From Octopus vulgaris (taxonomy: Eukaryota), in the NCBI GenBank assembly GCA_951406725.2, contig OX597827.1, positions 39,308,001 through 39,372,000 of the forward strand: a stretch of 64,000 bases of DNA, given 5' to 3'. The notes under the pieces are model-generated. The model had not been told where the DNA came from. It did not search any database and was given only the letters and a program-made list of their open reading frames with translations. Within the stretch, counting starts at the first letter, position 1. Every line of letters begins with the position of its first letter. The position numbers and the translations under genes were made by a program. This document shows positions 1 to 13,037 of the stretch, one piece after another.

Positions 1-177
1 TGCTGATGTGTTTATGTCCCCGTTGCTTAGCGGTTCGGCAAAAGAGACCGATAGAATAAGTACTGGGCTTACAAAAGAATAAGTCCCGGGGTCGAGTTGC
101 TCGATTAAAGGCGGTGCTCCAGCATGGCCGCAGTCAAATGACTGAAACAAGTAAAAGAGTAAAAGAGTAAAAGAGTA
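1..177 (+). mobile_element. SINE family A, 3' portion (cut by window edge)
   Basis: Matches the 3' half of the full copies (cttagcggttcggcaaaagagaccgatagaataagtact...gactgaaacaag) and ends in a (gtaaaaga)n tail. Confidence 0.9.
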
Positions 178-237
178 TGGCTTCACAGACCCCAGTAGAA
201 CTGTCCAACCCATGCTAGCATGGAAAACGGACGCTAA

Positions 238-318
<81 letters not shown>

Positions 319-324
319 CACAGC

Positions 325-770
325 TGGACGGCCTTCTGTGCTTACTTTGGATCGTAGGGCAACCTGCTGTGCTTGAGGAGACCTATTGAGTCAAGTACAT
401 CAACATCAAAATAAAAATCAAATGGAAATTGTAGTTGTGATACCCATGCTGGTGGCACATAAAAAGCACCATATGAACGTGGCCAATGCCAGCGCCGCCT
501 TGACTGGCTTCCGTGCTGGTGGCACGTAAAAACACCAACTGATCGTAGCCGTTTCCAGCCTCCCCTGGCTCCTGTGCCAGTGGTACATAAAAAGCACACA
601 CTACACTCATGGAGTGGTTGGTGTTAGGAAGGGCATCCAGCTGTAGAAACACTGCCAGATCAGACTGGAGCCTGGTGCAGCCATCTGGTTCGCCAGTCCT
701 CAGTCAAATCGTCCAACCCATGCTAGCATGGAAAGTGGACATTAAACGATAATGATGATGATGATGATGA
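325..770 (+). mobile_element. Family C: RTE-type LINE 3' UTR or RTE-tailed SINE with internal ~66-bp repeats
   Basis: gtgctggtggcacRtaaaaagcac units, then ttaggaagggcatccagctgtagaaac...aacccatgctagcatggaaa and a (tga)n tail. Same family at 179-277, 19310-19487, 31698-31890 and 56891-57391. Confidence 0.75.
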
Positions 771-781
771 TTTATATTTAT

Positions 782-1157
782 GCGCAGGAGTGGCTGTGTG
801 GTATGTAGCTTGCTTACCAACCACATGGTTCCAGGTTCAGTCCCACTGCATGGCACCTTGGGCAAGTGTCTTCTACTATAGCCTTGGGCTAACCAAAGCC
901 TAGTGAGTGGATTTGGTAGACGGAAACTGAAAGAAGCCTGTCGTATATATGTATATATATAAATGTGTGTGTGTGTGTCTGTGTTTATCCCCCCAACATC
1001 GCTTGACAACTGATGCTGGTGTGCTTACGTCCCCATAACTTAGCGGTTCAGCTAGACTTACAAAGAATAAGTCCTGGGGTCGATTTGCTTGACTAAAGGT
1101 GGTGCTCCAGCATGGCCACAGTCAAATGACTGAAACAAGTAAAAGTGTAAAAGAGTA
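782..1157 (+). mobile_element. tRNA-derived SINE family A (Octopus-type), internal deletion
   Basis: Head with A-box-like tggctgtgtgg and B-box-like ggttcagtccc, internal (TA)/(TG) tract and gtaaaagagta tail; more than 15 homologues in the window. Confidence 0.9.
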
Positions 1158-1779
1158 TGTGTGTGTGGATGGAGGGGGGTGATGGCATTATCAGTTTTTC
1201 TGGTTGACAAAATGTCTTTGAAGTTGTGTGGAATAAGTGATCTCTTATCTAAAAATAAAGGTAAGAGTTAATGTCGGGAAGGGCATCTGGTAGTGAAACA
1301 ATGCCTGAAATTACATATTCAGCCAGCCCATGTAAGCAGACCTTAGATGTCAATCCAATCTCCACTTGTAAATGGATGGACTCTCCGGAACTTTAGCTGT
1401 CTGAATCAACTAGTGCCTGATGACACTTAATCAGCAGTATAAATCATCTGTCTCCCTCTCTCTCTTTCACTCTCCCTCTCTCTCTCTCCATGTTTCCTGG
1501 AGATTCCCCCTTTCACATCAAACACCAGGTCCCACTCGCACTAATACCATATGTTGCAAGCAGTGGTCATATTTGTTCATGTCCATCTCACACCAGAACG
1601 ACCTCCACACATGCAAAAATACACAAATACACACACACACACACGCACACACACACACACACATACAATGTCTCCATCACATACACTTTACACTGTCTGT
1701 TCCATCACATGCAAAAATCAATAGTTTCTTGTATTTTCTCCTTCACAGACACAGACTGTTGACATTAGTTGTTGGTGGT

Positions 1780-1848
1780 ATTGACGGCAGTTGTAATAGT
1801 AGTGGTGATAGTTTGGTGGTGGTGGTGGTGGCAGTGATGATAGTTGTA

Positions 1849-1902
<54 letters not shown>

Positions 1903-2125
1903 ATGGTGTGTTTGTGGAGTTGGTGGTGGTTGTGGGCGGAATGACAAAGGTGTGGTGGTGGTGGTGGTGTGTGAGGTTTAAAGATGTCAGTAGTAGGAGG
2001 CTGATGTTGGAGAAGGTGGTATGATGGTGGTGGTGGTGGCTGTAGTGATAGTAGTAGTAGTAGTGATGGTGGTGGTGGTGGCAGTAGTAGTAGTAGTCGT
2101 AGTAGTAGTTGTAGCTGTTGCTGTT
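1780..2125. repeat. Compound (GGT)/(GTA)n microsatellite block
   Basis: Directly visible trinucleotide runs; a similar block lies at 2328-2500. Confidence 0.95.
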
Positions 2126-2415
2126 AAGTCCCCACTGGTCAGCCCTCACTGAGCAGACCTATGATCAAAAGTGTTCCAGCCATGACTGTCCAGCCATTTG
2201 TTTTCATCAGCATCGAGTATTTCTTACTCCATTACCAGATGTAATCTTAAAAATATATTTTTTTATAAGATGGTCGAACGTGATTTAAAGAATATGTGAC
2301 TGTTATTCCTTGTAGGTCAAGTGACCTAGCAGCAGTAGCAGTAGTAATAGTGACAGCAGTAGCAGTAGTAATAGTGACAGCAGCAGCAGCAGTAGTTGTA
2401 GTAGTTGTAGTAGTT

Positions 2416-2462
<47 letters not shown>

Positions 2463-2764
2463 TGATGATGGTGGTAGGTGGTAGCCATGATGATGATGGT
2501 ATGGCCTGGATTGGGGGTCTATGAAGGTGGGTGATGGCTGGGTGGAGAAAAGTTGGAAGAGGAGAGCAGGGGGTGAGGGAGAGAAAGAGGAAAGATCCAG
2601 TCATCATGGTGGATTGTGTTATTAGTAGAGAGTGAGGTGGCAGACATGGAGATGTGGGGGAGGTAATGTGTGGTATGATGGATTAACTTGATGCGTGGTG
2701 GTGGTACTGGCAGGAGAGGAGCAGACACATAGAATCAGCTGAATGTCATTTGTGAATTTGTCTG

Positions 2765-2768
2765 TGTG

Positions 2769-2801
<33 letters not shown>

Positions 2802-3280
2802 CGTGTGTGTGAGTGTGTTTGTGTGTAGATGGTTTTATATATATATATATGGTTGTGTGTATATTTATGAGTGCATTTCAGAAGAAATGCATGTATGTAT
2901 GTATATATGTATGTATGTATGTACATATGCATATTTGTCTGTCTGTATGTATGTATGTGTGTGTACATGAATGTGCATATTTCTTAAGTTTATGCATATG
3001 TCTGAATGGAAAAGTTCGTGTGTGTGTGTGTGTGTGTGTGTGTGTTGTGTGTATGTGTGTGTGTATGTGTGTAGAGACAGTTATATATATGAATGCATGA
3101 ATATATACGTATGTATCCAATGGAAATGTTTGTATGTATGCAAGTATGTATGTATGTAAGTGTACATGTATGTTTATGTCTGTGTGTTTGTCTGGATAGA
3201 TGAAAAATGTTTGTGTGCGTATGTGTATGTTTGTGTGTATGTGTGTGTGTGTGTGTGTATGTGTTTGCGTGTGCGTGTCA
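2765..3280. repeat. (TG)n/(TATG)n microsatellite block
   Basis: Directly visible. Confidence 0.95.
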
Positions 3281-3569
3281 TTAAGAAAGCGTCTATATGT
3301 AATAAATAATATTATTATATATGACAGAATATAATACTAATATTACATTCGTCATATGTCTACTGTGACCTGGTCACTGACATTCGATAGATTAGTCATG
3401 ATCAACTTCCAGCAGAAACAGTGGAATAGTATGTCAACTGACCAGGTCAGATTTTGGTAATAAACAAGGGAGTGTCTGAGTCAGCAATTCTCAATTGCAG
3501 CTCCTAGGGCCACACGCAGCCTGCAAGCGTCTGGCTGGTGACCCTGCGATGGTCTTCCCTCAATAAATA

Positions 3570-3971
3570 TATTCTTTTATTCTTTTACTTGTTTCAGTCA
3601 TTTCACTGCAGCCATTCTGGAGCATCACCTTTAGTCGAGCAAATCGACCCTAGGACTTATTTTTTGTAAGCCTAGTATTTATTCTATTGGTCTCTTTTGC
3701 CGGACTGCTAAGTTACAGGGACATAAACACACCAGCATCGGTTGTCAAGCAATGGTGGGGGGGGGGACAAACACAAACAAATACATATATATACATATGT
3801 CAACATATACGATGGGCTTCTTTCAGCTTCTATCTACCAAATCCACCCACAAGGCTTTGGTCGGCCCGAAGCTATAGTAGGAGACACTTGCCCAAGGTGC
3901 CACATAGTGGGACTGAACCTGGAACCATGTGGTTGGTAAGCAAGCTTCTTACCACAGAGTCACTTCTGTGT
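3570..3971 (-). mobile_element. SINE family A, full length
   Basis: Reverse complement of family A from the tail (tcttttacttgtttcagtcatt) to the head (cttaccacagagtcacttctgtg). Confidence 0.9.
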
Positions 3972-4955
3972 ATGATAAATTTTTCTTTAATTGATTTGTA
4001 TTTTACTTTTTTTGGCGTAAACCCTGATAAAAATTCAAGTTTTGAAACTGACCTGAATATTAGAAAGTTTGAGAACTTCTAATCTTATGGTTGCTTGACC
4101 TGTTAGAAATTGCAGCCAAATTTCCCTCAAATTATACCTAGCTCTTTTAATAAAATAAGAGAGGGTACTTTAGATTATGTAGTCCTATAATTGTTGTTGT
4201 TGTCACTGTCACCATCATGACTCCCCATTGCTGTTACCTCCACCTTCCCCTCCACCACCATTTTACATCTGCTTTTCCATACTGGCATGGGTTGTATGGG
4301 TTTTCTGAGGCAGTATTTAAGGGTTGCATGCTCATAAATAACGCCTCCCTTTTAGTTACCTTATACAACATGCAGGACATGCTTAACCTAAATTCTGGAA
4401 TGCACACAATAAACGGTCCTGGACAGAGTTTACTGAGAAAAAACCCCCAAAAAACCCCCAAAACAAAACAGGATAACATGACTGCTTGAACACCTTTGAT
4501 CACAGGTCTACTTGATCAGGACTGACCCAGGGCTAAACAACAAGAGCAACAATAACAAGGGACTGAAGAATAGGAGAATATTTTGTTGAAGGAGATGATG
4601 TGGAACACCCCATGCTAACCACTATTCTTTGATTCCAAAGGAAATCCCAGCTTTAGGGCATGGTTTCTTCTAATCTTGGGTAGCCCCTGTTCAGCCCCTG
4701 CTCCTTAGAAAGAGAACAGAGTACTAATTACAGGTAGGCTTAGAAAGTCAAATATTCTATTTATGTTCTCTTCTACCTTTCATCCTCTTTCCCGCCTTCT
4801 TACCCTAGCTTTCTCTCTGTTTCTTTTTTCTTCTCTCTCTTTCTTACTCATACCCTCTACCTTTCTTCTCTCCTCCTCTTCCTACTCCCCTTTCTCTGAC
4901 ATTCTTCATCTTGCTCTGTTCTGATACATAAACATAAACACATAGACATACATGT

Positions 4956-4993
<38 letters not shown>

Positions 4994-5266
4994 TCACATA
5001 TACACATACACAATCCAATACAGACTCACACACACACATGCGTGCACCAGGCATGTCAAACGTATACACCAAGAAGTGGGAACCTCTATGTGACTGGTTG
5101 ATCTGCAAGAAATAGCAGCAAAATCTCCCTCAAATTACATCCTACTCTCTTAGGTAATGAAAGAACACAATGCATAATATAGTCTGGAATATTTTTGATC
5201 ATATGTCTTCTCAATCAAGGCTGACCTGGGACTAAACAACAATACACACAACACAAGTATTCATAT

Positions 5267-5470
5267 CTTTTCTACTCTGGGCATAAGGCCCGAAATTTTT
5301 GGGGAGGAGCCAGTCGATTAGATCGACCCCAGTTCGCAACTGGTACTTAATTTATCGATCTCGAAAGGATGAAATGTAAAGTTGGCTTCGGCGGAATTTG
5401 AACTTGGAACGTAAAATGGACGAAACACCCCTAAGCATTTCGTGCTAACGTTTCTACCAGCTCATTGCCT
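5267..5470 (-). mobile_element. tRNA-derived SINE family B monomer with 15-bp TSD
   Basis: TSD cacaagtattcatat at 5252-5266 and 5471-5485; core matches the gtcgactttgcctttcatcctttcggggtcgataaattaagtaccag domain of other B copies. Confidence 0.9.
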
Positions 5471-5842
5471 CACAAGTATTCATATATAAAATGTATGCAC
5501 AGACACAAACTGAGATAATTACTTATTTTTCACACACACACACACACACACACATACCACACACATGCACAGGCTTCCTATGCACAGTCAAGACAGTCTG
5601 TGCATAGTCATTTGGAATCCAAGAAATAGCAGTCAACTCTCTCACAAATAACATCTTAGCATCTTAAAAAATGAAATCATTGGTCCTGGATTTCCTGTAC
5701 ATATGAAGAATATGGGGTAAGCACAGTGAGAATACCTTTAATTATAATTCTACTTAATCAAGTTTGATTGATTTGGGGCTCAACAACAAAAAAACAACAA
5801 CAATAGTATACAAGCACATAATTAAAACAAGCATGCACAAAT

Positions 5843-6273
5843 AGGTGTAGGAGTGGCTGTGTGGTAAGTAGCTTGCTTATGAACCACATGGTTCCAGGTT
5901 CAGTCCCACTGCGTGGCACCTTGGGCAAGTGTCTTCTACTATAGCCTCGGGCCGACCAAAGTCTTGTGAGTGGATTTGGTAGATGAAAACTGAAAGAAGC
6001 CCGTCGTATATATGTATATATATATGTATGTGTATGTGTATATATTTGTGTGTCTATGTTTGCCCCCCACCCCCACAACATCGCTTGACAACTGATGCTG
6101 GTGTGTTTATGTCCCCGTAACTTAGAGATTCAGCAAAAGAGACTGATAGAATAAGTACTAGGCTTAGAAAGAATAAGTCCTGGGGGTCGATTTGCTTGAC
6201 TAAAGGTGGTACTACAGCATGGCCACAGTCAAATGACTGAAACAAGTAAAAGAGTAAAAAAAAGAGTAAAGAG
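5843..6273 (+). mobile_element. SINE family A, full length
   Basis: Complete head, body and gtaaaagagta tail. Confidence 0.92.
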
Positions 6274-6577
6274 AAAATGCCACATGACAAACACAGACAT
6301 ACACACACATACAAACACACACCAACACATAACTTGTGAATACACCCACAGTTGCAGAGATGCACACATATGTGCAAAGAGGCAGGATACATATGCAACA
6401 GATACAAGCATAATGCACAACATACTCACTTATATATACACAAACACACACACACACATGTGCACACACTCACACATACACACGCAGACAGACACACACA
6501 CACACATCCATGCCTAGAGATTATCAATTATACTCCAGTCAATTCCTTCACCCACACTATTTGCTGTTGCTGGTCTG

Positions 6578-6591
6578 GTAGCCATAGCAAC
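6578..6591. promoter_or_regulatory. RFX X-box motif match
   Basis: GTAGCCATAGCAAC fits GTNRCC-N2-RGYAAC in non-repeat sequence; function untested. Confidence 0.35.
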
Positions 6592-7697
6592 TGTTGTTTG
6601 AATTGTTATTTATTAAAAGAGGAAAAAAACTCAAAAAGAGAGAAAGATAGTGAGAGAGAGAGAGAGAGTGAGAGAGCATCGGCTAGGATCGAAAGTTCTA
6701 TAGCCATTCAGTAGTCTGTTCCTTGAGTAAATATCACTAACACCCCATCTCCACAACAAAATCAACTTGTTTCACCCAGCTCTGAAGGCCCCTCATATAT
6801 GCTTTTCTTTCTAAATCACTGACCTTCAAAGGTTCAATGTGAATACAATAACTGTTTTACCTATACACAACAGGGCCTGGACAAGCTATGAGCACAACTC
6901 CTTCCTTAGGATAGTTAATAAACCACACTTACACTCACATATGTACCCCACCCATTCTTTTAATTAACTTTAAATTACAGATGCAGAATATATGTATATA
7001 TAACTTTTGTAGAAACAGCTGTTAAGCACAAGGACTCTCTACATGGCTGCTTAACTTGCTAAAAGTAGTAATTAAATCTTTTTAAAATCATATCCATTGT
7101 CTTAGAAAAGGACACAGAGTTTAATGTGATCCTGATTTATCATCACACAGGAAAAAACAGAAATAGGTATAATTAGAATACCTTTGATAAGGGCTGACCT
7201 GGAGTTAAATAGCAGTAACAATAACAAATTTTAAATTCATGCAATGGTCGAGCCAATGGAGTCCCTATGTGATTTCTTTGCTCTACTAGAAATAACAGCC
7301 ACAACTTGTGTCTTAAAAAAGAACGGTTATATTAGATAAAGTCGTTCTAAATGTTCTATACCTGAAAAAAAAAATAGCTGGTCACCCAGTGCATTCTGTA
7401 AAGTGGGGGTTGAGAAGACCTTTTTAAACTTGTAACAGACATAGCATCCTTTGTAGTGTTGGTGGACCCTAGGACACTCTGTAAAGTGGTTGGCAAATGA
7501 AGTTGAGAAGATCCTTTAGTCTTGTAAAGGACATGACTATCTCTCTAATATAGGTGCCATCCAGGACACTCTTTAAGGTGGTTGGTGAGTGAGCATAGAC
7601 AGGGGTGGGTGGACAAGGAAACCCTTTAGTCTTGTTGAGGACATAGTAACCACTCTAGTGTTGGTGTCACAATAAAATGTATGCATTATTAACTATG

Positions 7698-8006
7698 TGG
7701 AGGCACAATGGCCCAGTGGTTAGGGCAGCGGGCTCATGGTCAGAGAATCACGGTTTCAATTCCCAGACCGGGCATTGTGTTATTGAGCAAAAACACCTAA
7801 AAGCTCCATGAGGCTCCGGCAGGGGGTGGTGACAACCCCTGTTGTACTCTTTTGCTACAACTTTCTCTCACTCTCTCTTCCTGTTTCTTGAGTAACACTG
7901 TGATGGACAGGTGTCATGTCCAGCTGGGGGGAACACATACGCCACAGAAACTGGGAAACCGGGCCCATGAGCCTGGCTAGGCTTGAAAAGGGCGATGTTT
8001 ATCATT
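7698..8006 (+). mobile_element. tRNA-derived SINE family R (OR1/OR2-like) with 13-bp TSD
   Basis: Head tggaggcacaatggcccagtggttaggg...ggtttcaattccc; TSD attattaactatg at 7685-7697 and 8007-8019. The subfamily name is from memory. Confidence 0.85.
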
Positions 8007-8019
8007 ATTATTAACTATG

Positions 8020-8715
8020 GATGTACAAGATGTGTAGCAGGATCACAGGTAAGCTGATAGGTAAGGTAGGCTTCATGTGTATCAAATGCACTGAAGTAGT
8101 TAACAGTAAGAGTATATGTGAAATTCCATCCAATGCTCTGAAGGCTCTCTAAAAGTAGTTGACAGCTTGTCTTACTTAGGCAACCTAATTAACAGTATAG
8201 TTGCCAGAATAAGAACAAGGCATAACAATTCAGGTAGCTATGCTGGCAACAAAGGTTAGATTGTATGAAGCAGATATACATGAAGTGTGATGCTGTGTAA
8301 TAGTAAAATATGGGTCTTCAATGTGAAGGATTTATGAAATTCAGAAAGTAATGAAACAAGCACTTTTCTGCCGGATGTGTAGTGTTTGTGTCCATGAACA
8401 ATGGAGCACAAATAAGCTAAGAGAAAAGGTGGATATTTGAGAAGTCGGATGTTGTATGTAACAGAGAAAATTAAACTGGTGTAGTCATGTGATGTGTAAG
8501 GAGAAAGCTGATTGTAAAAAGAAGTGCCAAGCGTTCTTGGCAGATGAAAGCTGCAGAGGAAAAAGGAGGCTTAAGAACATATGGGACAAAATGAAGAAGA
8601 AGTTTAACCTCGTTCAAAGATGACAAATAACTGAGATGAAGCACTGAGCTAGAGATGACCCACCTAGTACTTGCAAGCAAAGAAAACACAGAAATAATGA
8701 TGGTGGTGGTGATGG
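8020..8715 (+). mobile_element. Degraded RTE (BovB-like) LINE ORF2 C-terminal fragment
   Basis: Frame-broken motifs in order: CSRITGKL, LKVVDSLSYLGNLI, SIVARIR, RLYEA, VMLCNSKIW, LREKVDI, KLNWCSHVM; ends with a family C-like tail. Confidence 0.8.
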
Positions 8716-9809
8716 AGACTGGGATGTGTTTCTACATATGAGTCACTCCCAGCCATTATATTCACATTATGTCTCCATATACTATTTTTTTCCTCTCTTT
8801 TCTTTATTACTTTCTCATCAATAACTCACTCTCCTTCTTATCAATGTACCTCCCTGCTATCACACCATCCTTTTCCTATCCTGCCATCTGTGTAATGCAG
8901 GATGATATCACATTGGATATGTTTATACTGAATTCTCCTCTACATCATCCCCTCTTTATTGCAAACCATCACACATTCTCTTTCATTACTCCATCCCTTA
9001 TCATTTGTTACTGACATCCATGACATATACTCTCTTACCATCATCTCTTACCTTCACTGTTATCTATTACTATCTCTGACATTATTCTTCCTCAACTCCT
9101 CATCATTGACATCAATCATACTTTCTCACTTCCTCTTCTGTCAGCCTGTGTCTTTCTTATCAACCTCTTTTCTCATCACATCACTTATGCTATTTATATT
9201 CAATCTCCTTACCAATAATCCTCATGCAGCAACCTATCACACTTTCTCTTCTTTAATACTCTTCTCTGTCACCCTTTTGCTCCAATTACTCTGGTTCTCC
9301 TCCATTACTTTCATCTCTATAACTCCCTTGCTATGGCTCTCTTTCATCATTCTCTCTTTTATCTGATAAAGAAGAGACAAGACAACCTTCTGGTGCTGGT
9401 GAATGACTGGATGGAGACACACAGGGTAGAGAGGATTCATTAGACTCAGAAGGGACAAGACAACTCTTTAGTGCTGGTCCACAATAAAGTATAAATACAC
9501 TGCAAAGTTGCTGGTGATAAGAAGGGCATCCAGCCATAGGAAACATGCTGTAACGGAATGTATGAATGAGAGATGGTCTCTGTCTTAGGGGGAAGCAACT
9601 TTGAATAAAATTTGACCTGGTTTGTGACTTCTAATCCAATTTATGCTAATATATAAAACCAGACATTAATTGATGATGATGATGATAAATAAATAAATAA
9701 ATAAATATATATATATATATATTGATAGAAATGGTAAGACAACAAAAGAATGAAAGAGACGTCGATATTATGCAAATAGAGGAATTTATCTGTAAATTAC
9801 AGATATATA

Positions 9810-9859
<50 letters not shown>

Positions 9860-9956
9860 CATATACAAATCATCATCATCAAATATATATATATATTTGA
9901 TATATATATATATAGCACTTAGAGCTTACACTTAGTTATATATATATGGCTGTGCA

Positions 9957-10135
9957 AGCACAGGCATAGCTGTGTAGGTACAAAGATGGATGCATGGTAA
10001 CAAACTAGCTTCCCAACCATATGGTTTCAGATTTAGTCCTGCTGTGTGGCACTTTGGCCAAATGTCTTCCACTGTAACCTCAGAGTGACCAAAGTCTTGT
10101 GAGTGGATTCGGGAGACAAAAACTGACAGGAGCCT

Positions 10136-10209
<74 letters not shown>

Positions 10210-10448
10210 CGCGTGTGTGTGTGTATGTGAGTGTGCATGTGCATGCATACTTATGTTTGTCCACTTGCACCTTGTGACAGCCAGTGTTAGTTTGTCTATG
10301 CCCCTGTAACGTAGCAGTCTGGCAAAAGTGGCTGATAAAATAAGTGCTAGACTTTAAAAAAATAAGTATTGGGGTTGATTTGTCCAATTGTCCAATTCAA
10401 ACCCTTCAAGGGAGTGCCCCAGTCCAATGATTAAGACAAGTAAAAGAT
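9957..10448 (+). mobile_element. Older SINE family A variant with internal (GT)n(GC)n tract
   Basis: Diverged A head and tail; alternating purine-pyrimidine run at 10137-10225. Confidence 0.8.
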
Positions 10449-10544
10449 ATATATATATATATCATCATCATCATCATCATTTGATGTTGGCCTTCCATGC
10501 TGGCATGATACGTGGGGTTGCTGAAAAATTCCTAGCTTTAAGGG

Positions 10545-10732
10545 TATTGTAAAAGGCCTGGTTGGAGGCCCAACCTTCCAACTTCTTTTGCAGGGCTTAG
10601 AAAATCCGAAGGACTGCTGCAATAAGTGTGTGAATCTGAGACAGGAATATATTGGAAAAAATCATAATTAACAACTGATCTTCCTGTATTTTTTTTGCTT
10701 AAAGCCAAGAACTTTTCACCCCCCCCCTTGTG
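10545..10732 (+). mobile_element. Mariner transposon 3' end relic
   Basis: WLEAQPSNF (frameshift) LQGLENPKDCCNKCVNLRQEYI resembles the mariner C-terminus (GIxKLxxRWxKCxxxxGEY), followed by TIR-like gccaagaacttttca. Confidence 0.7.
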
Positions 10733-10845
10733 TGTGTATATATATATATCTTTTACTCTTATATGTATATATACATATGTATATGTATATATACATATAC
10801 ATATATACATGTATATATATATATACAGACATATATACATATACA

Positions 10846-10886
<41 letters not shown>

Positions 10887-11916
10887 GCATATACACACAA
10901 ACCTGCAAAATATAAAACACTACATTTACTGCATTAATTTATAACCAGATATATTCTTCTTCCCTGAGTCTAAGATAGACTGCAGAGACGATGAGCACTG
11001 CACCTTCCTCTTTCTTAGATTAATTTATATATAACGGAAGCACATAAAATGTCAATGCACAAGGGAGATATCCAAGAACAGTTGCAGTATTGCACTGCTG
11101 CTGCAACCACTTGCTGCAAGAGATATCATTTCATTGCTGGATGTGTATGTATGTGTGTGTGTGTGTGTGTATTTTTATTTGCATGAATTCCAGTTCTGGC
11201 AATGGAAGCTTCCAGAGGTAATAACAGCTGTGATTTAGCATAATTCTTTTTTTATTCTGATCAGATACATTTGAAAAGAACGAGAGTATAGATGGTTGAG
11301 TGGATATGGTAAAATACAACAAGTCAAGAGGTCAGGAGTTTACATTCTGTCATTGGTACTGTATTGTATTAGTGGGTGAAAAATTTAGTTCTGACATGGT
11401 CCAATCCACTATGTTACTAAATAGGTTTCATAGAGTAGAAAACAACTAATTTTCTATGTAGTCTAACACTGACAAGTATTAGTTTAGCTTGCAATGCTTG
11501 GTTCGTTGCGTACTTCATGGTTTAGTTGTGGCTTAAGCACTCTTCTTTCTCTGCATTAATAACCTGTTTGACACAAATTCTAGCAACATACTCTTCTGTA
11601 GATAATACTATCTTTGACACTTCTTTAACCCTTTTGATATCAACCCAACTGTAAGCATGCCTAGTTTTATGATACAGGTTTCCTGTTTTAAGGGGTTATA
11701 AGTTGAATAAAACCTTACATCAAACTTTCATGTTAATTTATGTTTCAGACACCAGCTTAATACGAGTCAGGCTATTTTGATGAATTCTTCAGCTGTGTGG
11801 ATAAGAAGCTTGCTTTGCAACCATGTGGTTTTGAGTTCAGTTCTACTGCATGGCACCTTGGGCAAGTGTCTTTTACTACAGCCCCAGACTGACCAATGCC
11901 TTGTGAATAAATTTGG

Positions 11917-11964
<48 letters not shown>

Positions 11965-12600
11965 CTAGCAGTATCGCCCGGCGTTGCTCGGGTTTGTAAG
12001 GGAAATAACTATATAAGCATTTTTAGAGAGTTATAGCCAAAAAATAGCAAAAAATGCATTAAAAATGGAAAAAATATGATGGTAAATTTTTTTAAAATCG
12101 TTGACTCATCGTAGACATTTTTAGAGAGTTACTTCCCTTATATAATAGCGAAAAAATGCATTAAAATGGGAAAAAAACGATGGTAAATTTTTTTTTAAAT
12201 CGTAGACTCATGTAGACGCTTTCTTAGCCATTTCTGTTTTGGTGTCTTCAAGCCATGAAGTCGTTGTTCTAAAAGAACACTGGTCTCCTTGACAACGCAT
12301 TACGACGTTGATTTCCTTACACTCCCTTCCCCACAGGTGCAGGTGTGAGCGTGGACGCCAACTCCGCCGCCATCGACACACGAAAAATTATGCATTAAAA
12401 TGGAATAAAAAATGATGTTAAATTATTTTTAAAATCGTAGACTCATCGTAGACGCGCGCTAATATTCAGACGGGCTCGATATGAATCACGACTATAAGCT
12501 ACCCGAATTTGGTTAAACTGTACCGCAAAATGTGGGAGTAGTTAGGAATCTAAATCGAAGGGGACAGACACTCACACAACTACAGTTTTATATATATAGA
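11965..12600 (-). mobile_element. Non-autonomous Helitron
   Basis: Minus strand starts TC (12600), ends CTAG (11965) with subterminal hairpin cccgagcaacgccggg, and sits between A and T with no TSD. Confidence 0.9.
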
Positions 12601-12614
12601 TATACATAGCGCAG

Positions 12615-12975
12615 TAGTGGTGAGATATGACAGCAAAGAAAAGCATACATTCACTCTCTGCATGCAATTAGACTCGGAAAGTTCGTGAGGAACCCATTGA
12701 CCCAATTTGCTGACTTTTCCGATAGCACACAGGTCTCAATGAATGGTTGAATGACCAAATCCAAGCTTCTCTGCTAGTTCCTCAACAGTTACGATGATAT
12801 TTTGTTTCACCAGGGTTTTCAGGATGTCCTTGTCGAGTTCTACAGATCTTTCAGGATGAGGCTCGTCTTCTAGGCTGTAGTTTATGGCTCGGGATTTCTG
12901 GAACCACCATTGACACTGCCTTATGCTTATTGTCCAATCCCCATATACTGCATTAATATTTCTTGTACTTTGCAC
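12615..12975 (-). pseudogene. Mariner transposase N-terminal fragment (HTH plus WVPHEL)
   Basis: STRNINAVYG..RQCQWWFQK..SLEDEPH..TVEELAEKLGFGHSTIH* continues in frame to IGKVSKLGQWVPHELSE, the diagnostic mariner motif. Confidence 0.92.
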
Positions 12976-13037
12976 ACATTTATATTCTGTTATTCTTTTA
13001 TATGTTTCAGCCTTGAGGTTGTGGCCATGCTGGATCA

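Noticed and set aside
704-1009. Recurrent RHLPKVP..GTEPGTMW and EDTCPRC..EPCGW peptides as a gene family
   Set aside because: Antisense translations of the SINE A head.
1410-1450. CTGATGA as a hammerhead core
   Set aside because: No GAAA box and no closing stem I.
3366-3449. C/D box snoRNA
   Set aside because: A terminal stem and CTGA are present but there is no acceptable C box.
7698-7775. tRNA genes in SINE heads (families A, B, R)
   Set aside because: No complete cloverleaf; each continues into a SINE body with tail and often a TSD.
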